This document shows positions 10,318 through 19,893 of a stretch of DNA of 64,000 nucleotides, in pieces; the stretch's first letter is position 1; every line of letters starts with the position of its first letter. This DNA is from Candidatus Latescibacterota bacterium. Its GTDB lineage: Bacteria; Latescibacterota; UBA2968; GCA-2709665. The position numbers were made by a program, and so were the translations under genes. The notes beneath the pieces were generated by a model that saw only the letters and a program-made list of their open reading frames with translations, did not search any database and had not been told where the DNA came from. The stretch lies in contig CBDCOX010000002.1 in NCBI GenBank assembly GCA_965219995.1, positions 5,088,001 through 5,152,000 on the forward strand. Reading direction: 5' to 3'.

Positions 10318-11638
10318 TCTGTTCGCCGCGCTCGAACCGGAGGCGCCGCTTGCGGACCGGATGAGGCCGCGCTGCCTGGATGAGGTCCGCGGGCAGGATC
10401 ATCTCACGGCGGCCGGCGCGCCGTTTCGCAAGTTGATCGAAGGCGACCGCGCGCCGTCGATGATCTTCTGGGGGCCGCCCGGATCGGGAAAGACCACGCT
10501 GGCGCGTCTCGTGGCCGAGTCCACGGAGAGCCGGTTCGTTGCGTTCAGCGCGGTCACCTCCGGGGTGAAAGAGGTGAGGGAAATCGTCGCGCGCGCAAAG
10601 GGGGACCGCCGGACGGGGAGGCGCACCACCCTTTTCATCGACGAGATTCACCGGTTCAACCGGGCGCAACAGGACGCGTTTCTGCCGCATGTCGAAGACG
10701 GTACCATCAGTCTGATCGGAGCCACGACCGAAAACCCTTCATTCGAGGTGAACGCGGCATTGCTTTCGCGGATGCAGGTGTTCGTGCTGAATCTGCTGGA
10801 CGTCCCTGCAATATGCGATATTCTTGACGCCGCGCTTGCCGGCGACGGACGCGGGCTGCCGGACGTCAGCGCCGACCCGGATGCCCTGGAGGCGATTGCG
10901 GGCGCGGCGGAGGGAGACGCCCGACGCGCGTTGAATGTCCTCGAAATGGCCTCGGCGTCCCTGGGCCCGGGCGAACGGTTGTCCGTGGAATCCGTCAGGG
11001 CGGCGATGGGCGGCAAGGCGTTTCTGTACGACAAGAGCGGCGAGGAACACTACAATCTGATTTCGGCGCTTCACAAGAGTCTGAGGGACAGCGATCCGCA
11101 CGCGTCGCTCTATTGGCTGGCGCGCATGATGGAAGCGGGCGAACACCCGCACTACATCCTCCGTCGCATGGTCCGGTTCGCGTCGGAAGACATCGGGAAC
11201 GCCGACCCCAGAGCGCTTTCTGTTGCGCTGGCCGCAAAGGACGCGTACGATTTTCTGGGCAGCCCGGAGGGCGATCTGGCCATCGCGCACGCAGCCGTCT
11301 ATCTGGCCACCGCGGACAAGAGCAATTCGGTCTACGCGGCCTACGGCAAAGCGCGGAAGGATGTGATGGAACAGCCGAATCTTCCCGTGCCGATGCACCT
11401 CAGGAACGCGCCGACGGACCTGATGCAGGAGTTGGGATACGGACGGGGATACCAGTACGCGCACGACAATCCCGAGGGATTCGTGGCGCAGAGCCATCTT
11501 CCGGAAAATCTGCAGGGACGGGAATATTACCGACCCACCGATCGGGGATACGAGCAGCGCATCAGGGAATTGATGGACTGGTGGGATGCATTGAGAGCGC
11601 AAAAGTCGCAACTGGAAAGCACCCGGGACGACGGTTGA
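10304..11638 (+). CDS. rarA: Replication-associated recombination protein A (MgsA/RarA)
   Basis: PLADRMRP, WGPPGSGKTT, FIDEIHRFN, GATTENPSF, SALHKSLR, ASEDIG, VPMHLRNAP. Confidence 0.96.
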   Translation: MGGDDLFAALEPEAPLADRMRPRCLDEVRGQDHLTAAGAPFRKLIEGDRAPSMIFWGPPGSGKTTLARLVAESTESRFVAFSAVTSGVKEVREIVARAKGDRRTGRRTTLFIDEIHRFNRAQQDAFLPHVEDGTISLIGATTENPSFEVNAALLSRMQVFVLNLLDVPAICDILDAALAGDGRGLPDVSADPDALEAIAGAAEGDARRALNVLEMASASLGPGERLSVESVRAAMGGKAFLYDKSGEEHYNLISALHKSLRDSDPHASLYWLARMMEAGEHPHYILRRMVRFASEDIGNADPRALSVALAAKDAYDFLGSPEGDLAIAHAAVYLATADKSNSVYAAYGKARKDVMEQPNLPVPMHLRNAPTDLMQELGYGRGYQYAHDNPEGFVAQSHLPENLQGREYYRPTDRGYEQRIRELMDWWDALRAQKSQLESTRDDG

Positions 11639-11679
11639 CGTTCAGGAAGTGCATCCGGGATTGTGTATATTACGGGGGG

Positions 11680-11872
11680 CGCCTGAAATCGGTGAGACGG
11701 GAGACGGGAGACGGTAGAAGACGTCATTGCCTGACCGGATGTTCCTATATGCCTTTGGCAAGCAATGAAACCGCAGGGCGCAATCACATCATCTCACGTC
11801 TTACGTCTACCCTCTCACCGCCTTTTACTGACCACTGGCCACTGTCCACTATCTACTGCTCTTGGTAATAAC
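11680..11872. repeat. MITE-like element, family A, copy 2 (inverted relative to copy 1)
   Basis: Reverse complement of 5512-5690 with extra GAGACGG heptamers. Confidence 0.85.
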
Positions 11873-11892
11873 GTCCAGAAGGGAGGCGAAAC

Positions 11893-11946
11893 ATGAGGCT
11901 GACCGCGACAATCCACCCGACCTATCCGCCTCCTGAGGGCTTCTGA
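11893..11946 (+). CDS. Possible 17-aa small ORF (MRLTATIHPTYPPPEGF)
   Basis: GGGAGG RBS at 11881-11886, 6 nt before the ATG; no other support. Confidence 0.25.
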   Translation: MRLTATIHPTYPPPEGF

Positions 11947-12072
11947 CGGATTCATAGCCGGTTATTTCACGACTCGATTGCCTCTCCGGAGCCGCGGGTA
12001 GGATTATGTCCCGTGGTTTTTTTGTGGCCGCAGGTGCGGTCTGTACGCAACACGGAGGAGACGATCGAGCTT

Positions 12073-12465
12073 ATGTATCATCCGGATTTCTGGGAAGTAC
12101 AGCTGGAACAACGCGAACTGGAAAAGGTCCCCAACGAGGACGGCCTCTGGTTCGAGTCGCGGGAAGACAGGCGGCTGCGATACATGTGGGAGGACCGGGT
12201 CGCGGCAGCGGCGTTGCGGATTCTCGCTGCGGTGCCGGGCTGCCTGACGGAAAAACAGAGGGAGGCGACGCTGCTGTATTTCTGCCACGGGAAGACGCAG
12301 CGCGAAATCGCGGAGATCATGGGAATTTCCAGGCGCGTGGTCAGCCAGCACCTTTTCGGTATTACGCGCGGCGGGCGGAAGGTGGGTGGCGCGGTACGTA
12401 AATTGAGAAAGTTCTGTAAGGATGAGGGGTTGGGATTCGGTGTCCGCGGATCCGCATCGTCCTGA
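12073..12465 (+). CDS. Stand-alone sigma-70 region 4 HTH protein
   Basis: LTEKQREATLLYFCHGKTQREIAEIMGISRRVVSQHL; GGAGG upstream; no region 2 visible. Confidence 0.8.
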   Translation: MYHPDFWEVQLEQRELEKVPNEDGLWFESREDRRLRYMWEDRVAAAALRILAAVPGCLTEKQREATLLYFCHGKTQREIAEIMGISRRVVSQHLFGITRGGRKVGGAVRKLRKFCKDEGLGFGVRGSASS

Positions 12466-12480
12466 ACGTCGACAGCAGGT

Positions 12481-13683
12481 TCAGACCGCCCATCTTCGCA
12501 TCTTTTCTTCGTCAAGTTCAACGCCCAGCCCGGGCAGTTCGAAGGGTTCCAGCGTACCGTCCCGGTACCTGAACGGCGTTTTGCAGACGTCGTCCACCAG
12601 AAGGGCGGGCCCCACGAGGTCCGAGGGAACGGTGACGTTTTCGGATGCCACGGCGAGGTGCACGAATGCGGCGGTGCCGGGCCCCATTTCCACGGTGCTG
12701 CCCAGCAGCACGGGGATTCCCGCGGCCTGCGCGACGTGGATCAGGCGCTGGCTGCGCAGGATGCCGCCGGCCTGGGAGGGGATCAGGTTGAAGACGTCCA
12801 CGGCCCGGCGGCGCACGAGCGCCGTGGAGAAGCCATCGTCGAGATCGGCCACGTGTTCGATGATCTGGACGGGGGTCTGTTTCCTGACGCGCGCCAGCGA
12901 GCATGCCGCTGCATCGGCGTTCCTGTTGATCCGCTGGGGATCGTCGTTGGCCACGGCGCGATTCACCGCAACCACCGGTGTTTCGCATGCGTCGATGCCG
13001 GCCGCGGCCATATCCCGGATCTTTGCAATGGCTTCGTCCTCTTCCCACGCGCCGCTGGCGTCGGCCTTCAGATAGACGTCAGGGCCCGCCACCTCGCGGA
13101 ACCGCGCGATTCGTTCCAGGTCGCGTGAATGATCCTCGCCGACCTTCAATTTGAATGCGCGAAGTCCCCGCGAGACCATGGTTTGGATTTCCTCTTCAAG
13201 CGCGTCGAGCTCTTCGTGCAGCGAAAGGCCCCGCCGCATATAGGCGACCCAGCAGACGTGCACGCGTTCGTGACGGCGTCCGCCAAGGAGTTCGTACAGG
13301 GGGGCGCCGTAATGTTTTCCGGCCAGGTCGAGCAACGCGATCTCCACGCCGAACAGGATGAGACCCCGGAGCTCCGGGTGAATGCCGGCTGGCAGTTCCG
13401 CGGCGATACCCCTGTGCAAGGCGTGGCGATCGGCGACGTCTCCGTCCTTCAACTCCCGCAAGAGGAAATCGCACAGATCGGCGCCCGCGAGAGGGTTCAT
13501 GCGGTCCGCAATGTCCGGGACTTCGCCCAGCCCGACGTGCTCCGTATCCGTGAAGAACTCCAGAATCTGATATCTCGATCGACTCAGGTCCTCGTCGGGC
13601 TGGAGGCCCTGCGGATCCGCGGCATAGGTGGTGTAAATGCGCGGAACCGAGACTTCCCGCACGTGGATGTCGACGATCTTCAC
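12481..13683 (-). CDS. Mandelate racemase/muconate lactonising enzyme family protein
   Basis: GLGE, EIALLDLAGK, PLYELLGG, FKLKVG, DASGAW, ETP, PGLGVELD. Confidence 0.88.
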   Translation of the reverse strand: MKIVDIHVREVSVPRIYTTYAADPQGLQPDEDLSRSRYQILEFFTDTEHVGLGEVPDIADRMNPLAGADLCDFLLRELKDGDVADRHALHRGIAAELPAGIHPELRGLILFGVEIALLDLAGKHYGAPLYELLGGRRHERVHVCWVAYMRRGLSLHEELDALEEEIQTMVSRGLRAFKLKVGEDHSRDLERIARFREVAGPDVYLKADASGAWEEDEAIAKIRDMAAAGIDACETPVVAVNRAVANDDPQRINRNADAAACSLARVRKQTPVQIIEHVADLDDGFSTALVRRRAVDVFNLIPSQAGGILRSQRLIHVAQAAGIPVLLGSTVEMGPGTAAFVHLAVASENVTVPSDLVGPALLVDDVCKTPFRYRDGTLEPFELPGLGVELDEEKMRRWAV

Positions 13684-13701
13684 GGGTGCGTACCTCCCGT
13701 T

Positions 13702-14040
13702 TCAAACGGGGCCGGTCGTGCCGAGCTGATTTCGCGAATACGACAGGAGGGCGGCCGTGAGGATGCTGGCAATGAGCAGCACGCCCGCGGGCATCAGCTT
13801 TCGGGTCCTGATGAACCGGCTCAGCGAAATTCCGGTAAGCAGCAGGGATAGCATCAGGCCGATGAGTAAACCCGTTGCCGGATCGGTCATTCCGGTCCAG
13901 CAGGCATAGAGCGCGACCAGGCCGCTGATGCCGCCCGCGGCGAGCGAAACCGAACTGTCCGACTTGAGCTTGCCCATGACGCCGCCCGCGATCAGCAGGA
14001 TGCCGTAGAACGCCAGGACGGTTTGCGCGAGTTGAAGCAT
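13702..14040 (-). CDS. TMEM14/FAX1-like small membrane protein
   Basis: YGILLIAGGVMGKLKSDSSVSLAAGGISG and RFIRTRKLMPAG match the TMEM14 pattern; start at the ATG at 14040. Confidence 0.8.
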   Translation of the reverse strand: MLQLAQTVLAFYGILLIAGGVMGKLKSDSSVSLAAGGISGLVALYACWTGMTDPATGLLIGLMLSLLLTGISLSRFIRTRKLMPAGVLLIASILTAALLSYSRNQLGTTGPV

Positions 14041-14066
14041 GCGATTCCTCCGGTTGCGGTTGACGT

Positions 14067-15071
14067 TCACCCGGTGCGGTATTTGTCGACAGTGGCCATA
14101 TCCAGCTTCACGCCCAGCCCCGGGCCTTCGGGCAGAACAAAGTGCCCGTCTTCTACGACCAGGGCGCCGTTCACGACGTCGGCCACGCGGGTGAACGGCA
14201 GTTCGTCGCACGGCAGGGTCGCGTTGGGTATGGTGGCCTGTACGTGCACGGAATAGGCCGCGAGGACGCCCAGGCACAACCCTCCCATCTGCACCCAGCA
14301 CGGCACGTCGTCGGCTTCCGCGAGGGCGGCGGACTTCTTCACCTGCTGCGCCGGCCCCCCCAAATTGACGTAATCGATGCATTCGGCCTTCAGCGCGTTC
14401 AATACCCCTCCCGGCGGCCCCAGGTGCAGCGCGATGGGAATATGGGTCTTCTCGCGGAGGAGGCGGTACCAGTCCAGGTTGTTCTTTCGCACGGGATCTT
14501 CGAAGTTGGCGACGGTCCCGATGGGTTCCAGTTCGCCCGCCAGGCGTGCGGCGGCGCTGGGTCGCTGAAAAGCGGTATTGGGATCGACGCCGACGGTGTA
14601 ATCCGGTCCGGCGGCCTCCTTCATGAGCCGGACCGTTTCCACGATGTTCCACGGGCGCGCCTTGAGCTTGTGGTTGGTGAAGCCCTGAGCGGCGCCGACC
14701 GCGGCTTCGGCCGCCGTCTCCTCGGGCTGCATGGCGCAGGACCAGTACGAAACGGGGATGCGGTCACGGACCTTTTCGCCAAGGAAACGCCAGAGCGGGA
14801 TGCCGTAGGCCTGTCCGGCGACGTCCAGGAGCGCGCACGTGAAGGGGTCGGGATGCGCGAACGGATCCAGGGAAAGGGGATCCTGCCCGGCGAGCGCGGC
14901 GGCCGCATCGGCGAACTGGGCGGGTTCGCCCTGGCATTCGCCGATGCCCTCGATTCCGCCGTCGGTGTGAATGCGGCACAGCGTGATGGAATAGATCTTG
15001 GGATGGTATCTGGCGATGGGCGGAATGGGCGGAATTTCCACTTCGAACAGGTCGACTTCGGTGATTTTCAC
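14067..15071 (-). CDS. Mandelate racemase/muconate lactonising enzyme family protein
   Basis: GIEGIGE, ALLDVAGQ, HKLK, DPN, EDP, PEGPGLGV. Confidence 0.85.
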   Translation of the reverse strand: MKITEVDLFEVEIPPIPPIARYHPKIYSITLCRIHTDGGIEGIGECQGEPAQFADAAAALAGQDPLSLDPFAHPDPFTCALLDVAGQAYGIPLWRFLGEKVRDRIPVSYWSCAMQPEETAAEAAVGAAQGFTNHKLKARPWNIVETVRLMKEAAGPDYTVGVDPNTAFQRPSAAARLAGELEPIGTVANFEDPVRKNNLDWYRLLREKTHIPIALHLGPPGGVLNALKAECIDYVNLGGPAQQVKKSAALAEADDVPCWVQMGGLCLGVLAAYSVHVQATIPNATLPCDELPFTRVADVVNGALVVEDGHFVLPEGPGLGVKLDMATVDKYRTG

Positions 15072-15118
15072 TGCGGGCCTCCTTTGAAACGCGCGAGCCG
15101 TCTATCGGTCTTTTCCAG

Positions 15119-16621
15119 CTACCGGTTTCGGGTTCGCAGACACTGGCCGACGGCCGCGAGGCAGACTTCGACGACGGTGTCCGTATTCATGACAAGGGCG
15201 TGCACGTCGTCGCGATTGCCGGACATTTCGATGAGAAAGGCTGCCGGCGTGCCGCGCTCGGCCGCGTAGGAGATGCAATAGGGTTCGGGCGGACGGAATC
15301 CGGTTATGCGGTCCATATTGACCTGCTGGTACGCGCCGGCGTACGGTTTCTGGGTCAGATAACGGTCTTTCAGACGGTCCCGGATATCGGCGTGAATCGC
15401 TGCGAGCAGTTCGCCGTCTCCCTTGTGGGGAAGCATCATGATATAGTCAGCCGTATGGAAGTCGATCACGCAGAGCGGTCGGCAGCGGTCGATAATGCGC
15501 TGGATGACCCGGGTCTCCCGTTCGGACGCGGGTTTCGCGCCCATGTAATTGTAGTCCCAGGGCATCCTCACGTCCTGCGTGTATTGGAAGTTCTCCCAGT
15601 TGCAATCGAAGTTGCGGTTCAGGTCGACGCCCCTCGAGTTCTGGCGGGTGAACCGGTCGAATCCTCCCGGGTTCTGCACCGGCAGCAACTTGAAATGCAG
15701 TCTCCGGGTGTTCATCCCTTCCACGTCCGGATTCCGGCACAGGACTTCCGCAAGGCGCAGCAGGCCGTACGCGTTCTCCCACTCCCATCCGTGGATGGCG
15801 GCGCCGAAGCACATCGTGGGATTGGTCTCATCGCCGACGTTCAGGGAATAGATCGGCCTGGCGTCGCTGGAACGCCCTTCGTCCTCGACGTGGAGGTCCG
15901 GATACTGTTCCGCGGTGTCGAACATCAGGTCGACGAATCCGTCGTAGGAAAAACGTTCGGGATAGTGTTTTCCGTAACGGACGGCGTTGTTGACAATGTT
16001 GCCGAGGAAGAGGTATTTGTTCGTGCTCCCCCAGGAATTGTACCACGGGCGCACCGGCGATACGAGGTCCATCGCCACGATGCGGCCGTCTCCGACTTTC
16101 TCTTCCAGCATGACGGCGCCGCTGTTCAGGTTGGAGATGCCCAGGACGGCGACGTCTCCGGAAGTTTCCACGCCCATGATCTGACGCTGGAACATCTGGT
16201 TGGCGTAGGACTGGTCCGGTGCGCTGGTGACGGTGCCGTACCACCATACGACGTCGCCCACGGCATAGCCGCGAGTCACGTCGTTTTCGATTTCAATTCG
16301 CATCTCCGGTCGGATCCGGTCCTGCACGTGGGTCTTGCTGAAATGCAGGCCGCGGTTGCGCGCGTACTCGAACAGGCAGGAGATGACCTGCCCCCCGGAG
16401 TCCGCGAACGCGGTGACGGCGTCGTAGTCCAGATTCCGCAGGTTGCGTCCGTCGTTCACCACGGTGACGACGAATTCATGCTCGCCGAGAATGCCTTCGT
16501 CGTGAGGGTCGCTCACGAAGTTCAGGCGTCTGACCTTGCCCGGGTACAGAATGTCGAGATCGGCCGCGATCGTGCCGCCGGAACCGTCGGTAAGCAGGAG
16601 GATGTTCTGATCGGATTGCAT
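15119..16621 (-). CDS. M14 family zinc carboxypeptidase-like protein with an extra N-terminal domain
   Basis: HGWE (HxxE), NPGG, RQNSRGVDLNRNF, SERET, DFHT, IEM. Confidence 0.82.
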   Translation of the reverse strand: MQSDQNILLLTDGSGGTIAADLDILYPGKVRRLNFVSDPHDEGILGEHEFVVTVVNDGRNLRNLDYDAVTAFADSGGQVISCLFEYARNRGLHFSKTHVQDRIRPEMRIEIENDVTRGYAVGDVVWWYGTVTSAPDQSYANQMFQRQIMGVETSGDVAVLGISNLNSGAVMLEEKVGDGRIVAMDLVSPVRPWYNSWGSTNKYLFLGNIVNNAVRYGKHYPERFSYDGFVDLMFDTAEQYPDLHVEDEGRSSDARPIYSLNVGDETNPTMCFGAAIHGWEWENAYGLLRLAEVLCRNPDVEGMNTRRLHFKLLPVQNPGGFDRFTRQNSRGVDLNRNFDCNWENFQYTQDVRMPWDYNYMGAKPASERETRVIQRIIDRCRPLCVIDFHTADYIMMLPHKGDGELLAAIHADIRDRLKDRYLTQKPYAGAYQQVNMDRITGFRPPEPYCISYAAERGTPAAFLIEMSGNRDDVHALVMNTDTVVEVCLAAVGQCLRTRNR

Positions 16622-16645
16622 GGTGTCGACCGGTCCTTGCCGTAT

Positions 16646-17677
16646 TTACGAGCGATTGTCGCATGAACCCGTGAACGCCGGAGGGTTGACGACGTTTCTG
16701 AGCGGCTGGCCGAGCAGAGCCCTTCTGCAGATCTCGGCAGTACTGGTGCGCAGGTCCGTCAGGCTCTGCTCCGAGTAGAAGGCGGAATGCGGAGTCAGAA
16801 GCACGCGATGGTGCGCGGGGTGGGCCGGGTCCCGCCATGCGACGATGAGCGGATCGTCCTCGTCGAGTTGTTCCCATTCGAAAACGTCGATCCCGGCCCC
16901 CGCCAGACGACCGGATGCGACGGCGTCGGGAATCGCCGACGTGTCGACGATCGGGCCGCGGGCGGTGTTCACCAGGTACGAGCCTTCCGGCATGAGCGCG
17001 ATGGCTTCGGCGTCGACCAGGTGGCGCGTCTCGTCCGTCAGCGGGCAGTGGATGCTGAGCGCGAAAGCCTGGCCGAGGGTTTCCTCCAGGGTCTCCACGC
17101 GCCGGATGCCAAGGGCCTTGGCGTAACCGTCCGGCTTGTACGGATCGTAGAAACACACGTCCATCCCCAGCGCCTTCGCGCGCAGGGCGGCGGCGGTGCC
17201 GATCCGGCCCAGACCGACGATCGCGAATACGCTGCCGCGGATGCGCTGCAACGGCGCCGCCTGGGAGGGCGACCAGGGTCCCCGGGAGGCCCGTAGCCTG
17301 GAATTGAGAAACGCGACGCCGCGGATCATGGAGACCGCCATGCCCACGGCCGCGTCGGCCACGTCTTCGGTTCCGTAGTCGGGCACGTTGCAGACGGGAA
17401 TGCCCCGTTCACGGGCGCGGGCCACGTCAACATTGTCGAAGCCGACGCCGCCCCGGGCGATGACTCTGCAGTTACGGAGGCGGTCCAGGGTCGGCGCGGA
17501 AATAACGATATAGTGGTAGGGTATGATGGCGTGGGCGGTTTCGATCCTGCCCGCCAGCTCTTCTTCGCGTGTCGCGTTCAGAACCCGGACGTCGGCGACG
17601 TCGCGAAGGATTTCCCTCTCGATATCGGGATTGGAGATGAAATCCGTGATAACAACGCCTGATTTCCGATCGGTCAT
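16646..17677 (-). CDS. D-2-hydroxyacid dehydrogenase (CtBP-like)
   Basis: RGGVGFDNVD, GLGRIG, LVNTARG, DVFEWE, TPHSAFYS. Confidence 0.92.
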   Translation of the reverse strand: MTDRKSGVVITDFISNPDIEREILRDVADVRVLNATREEELAGRIETAHAIIPYHYIVISAPTLDRLRNCRVIARGGVGFDNVDVARARERGIPVCNVPDYGTEDVADAAVGMAVSMIRGVAFLNSRLRASRGPWSPSQAAPLQRIRGSVFAIVGLGRIGTAAALRAKALGMDVCFYDPYKPDGYAKALGIRRVETLEETLGQAFALSIHCPLTDETRHLVDAEAIALMPEGSYLVNTARGPIVDTSAIPDAVASGRLAGAGIDVFEWEQLDEDDPLIVAWRDPAHPAHHRVLLTPHSAFYSEQSLTDLRTSTAEICRRALLGQPLRNVVNPPAFTGSCDNRS

Positions 17678-18933
17678 AGTCTATCGTACCCAAGCCCGCG
17701 CCAGCGCTCGCGGGCGGATTGGATGGCGTCCCGTCCCGGTTTGACGTATCCCCGCGTGCTGGGAGGAGGCTGGCCGGATCCGGCGTCTTCCGGGTAGGGC
17801 GACCAGTGGTCCTCCGCATAGGGCCCGCATGCCGCCTTCCTGCGAAAGTCCGGGACGGGATGCGGCGCGCCGTTCTCCAGGCACGAGCGCCAGGCCTGCA
17901 CGCCAACGGCGGCCATGGCAACCCCCCGGTACACGTTCAGGTAGGGCTGGCGGCCCGATCGGATGGCGCGGGCGAAGTGGAAATTCGTCCAGAAGTCCCC
18001 GCCTCCGTGGCCGGCCTTCCGGGCGAGAGCGCCGTGTTCGGGCCAGTCGGCGGTGTAGGTGCGGTCCACTGGCTGCCCCTCCTCCCGCAGCCAGTCTTCG
18101 TGGTGAATGCGGACGCAGCTCCAGTGGTTGGGTTCGGCGGTGGCGATGAGACCCCGTTCGCCGTGAATTTCGTAGCGCACCCTGTGGATGGAACTCAGCT
18201 GCAGGCCCAGGATCCGGAAGACGGCGCCGTTGTCCATCCGGACCAGAATCAGACCGCCCTGGTCTCCCACGCGCACGCGATGGGGCGACTGGGTGGGTTC
18301 TTCGACAATGGACAGGGCGTTGACGGATACGGGCATCGTCTCCGTGATGCACATCAGGGGCGCGAGCGCGTGGCTGCAGTAGTAGGTGGGCGGGATCCAG
18401 TTACGCCAGTGATTCAGTCCCGGTGAGATGCCCAGCCGCCAGTTTTCCTCGGCGGCGTGGTTGTATTCGCCTTCGGCGTAGGTGACGTTTCCGATCTCTC
18501 CGCTATGGTAGAGCCTGCGCAGTTCCTGGTTGGCCGAGGAGAAGGGGTAGTTTTCGGCGAACATGTAGATGCGGCCGCTCGCTTCCACCGCCCGGCACAG
18601 CGCGACGCCTTCGGCGAGCGTCTTGCACGCGGCGGTTTCGCTCATCACGTGTTTTTCCGCCTGAAGCGCCTTGATGGCGAAGGGCGCGTGCTCGTGGCTG
18701 TAATTCGCCAGGATGACCGCGTCCATATCATGTTCGAGAAAACGGTCGTAGTCGGTGTAGGTGGACACCCCGTATTCCCGGCCCACCTGTTCGAGCTTCT
18801 CCTCCCATGTGTCGCAAAGCGCCACGAGCTTCATGCCCACGACGCCGGTCGCGCCCCGGGCGAAGCTTTGACCCCGTCCCACGCCGATGATGCCCACCCG
18901 GATGGGTCGGTCAGGGGACTCAGGCTGCGGCAT
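17674..18933 (-). CDS. Gfo/Idh/MocA family oxidoreductase
   Basis: GIIGVGRG Rossmann motif, HVMSE, AENY, GHGGGD; start uncertain (18933 or 18957). Confidence 0.87.
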   Translation of the reverse strand: MPQPESPDRPIRVGIIGVGRGQSFARGATGVVGMKLVALCDTWEEKLEQVGREYGVSTYTDYDRFLEHDMDAVILANYSHEHAPFAIKALQAEKHVMSETAACKTLAEGVALCRAVEASGRIYMFAENYPFSSANQELRRLYHSGEIGNVTYAEGEYNHAAEENWRLGISPGLNHWRNWIPPTYYCSHALAPLMCITETMPVSVNALSIVEEPTQSPHRVRVGDQGGLILVRMDNGAVFRILGLQLSSIHRVRYEIHGERGLIATAEPNHWSCVRIHHEDWLREEGQPVDRTYTADWPEHGALARKAGHGGGDFWTNFHFARAIRSGRQPYLNVYRGVAMAAVGVQAWRSCLENGAPHPVPDFRRKAACGPYAEDHWSPYPEDAGSGQPPPSTRGYVKPGRDAIQSARERWRGLGYDRL

Positions 18934-19006
18934 AAGCGGTGCTCCTTGCGGTCGCACGTTCGAGCATCGGTCGGATCTCTGAATTGGCGGTGGTCATTCA
19001 GTGCGT

Positions 19007-19870
19007 TCAGGCCTCGACCTCGAGCAGCCGCCTCAGATAGGCACCCTGTTCGCCAAGTTTGGCGTCGTCGTCGCCGGGCCCGAAGTCTTCCAGCGAGAGG
19101 TAGCCGGCATAGCCGACGTCTTTGAAGTCGCGGACGATCTGGCCGATGTCGGCAATCCCTTCCCTCATGTCGGCAAAGTCCCATTCCCATTCACGGGCGC
19201 CCATGCCGTCGCGCCCGGTGGAGACGGGTTTGCCGTTTCCAATGTGGCAGTGCGCGAGATAGGGGCCGAGCAGCTCCATGCCCATTCTGGTGTCTTCCAG
19301 GCCCACTCGCAGCATGTTCGGAACATCGTAAATGGCGCCGATGTGTTGCGGGTCCAGGTCGCGCAGCAGCTCGATGGCGCGCGAACAGGTGACGGCGACG
19401 GTGCCCACGTGGATTTCGTAGAGGATCCTGACGTTGTACTCCCTGGCGGTTTCGACGAGGGTTGCGAAACCCGCTCGTGCGTTGAGGAACTGGGGCCAGT
19501 AGGGCTGCGTCCGGTCATGCCTTGGCGCGCCGATGCGGATCATGGGCGGGCTGTCAGGGTTCAGCGCCGCGGCGCCGCGGAACAGTTTCTTCACGACGTC
19601 GATATCTTCCAGCGTGACGTTCGGCGCCAGGGCGATCACCGGAATGCCGGAACGCCTTTCGGCGGCGCGGATCGCTTCGGCCTTTTGAATGATGTTGTCG
19701 GGGCTCACGTCCGAGAGGTGGCGGCCCCAGAACGACGGCGCCTCGCCATCGTCACCGGGGTTGTAGCGGCAACGCAGTTCGATGCCGTCGTACCCGTGTT
19801 CGGCCAGCTTGTCGAACGTGCGGTCCAGGTCCCATCGGGGCAGCATGACAGACGTGCAGGAGAGTTTCAT
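19007..19870 (-). CDS. Sugar phosphate isomerase/epimerase (AP endonuclease 2 TIM barrel)
   Basis: GYDGIELR, YEIH, YDVPN, HCHIGN, GYLSLE. Confidence 0.85.
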   Translation of the reverse strand: MKLSCTSVMLPRWDLDRTFDKLAEHGYDGIELRCRYNPGDDGEAPSFWGRHLSDVSPDNIIQKAEAIRAAERRSGIPVIALAPNVTLEDIDVVKKLFRGAAALNPDSPPMIRIGAPRHDRTQPYWPQFLNARAGFATLVETAREYNVRILYEIHVGTVAVTCSRAIELLRDLDPQHIGAIYDVPNMLRVGLEDTRMGMELLGPYLAHCHIGNGKPVSTGRDGMGAREWEWDFADMREGIADIGQIVRDFKDVGYAGYLSLEDFGPGDDDAKLGEQGAYLRRLLEVEA

Positions 19871-19893
19871 TTCGCCTCCGGATTCGCTGCGTA

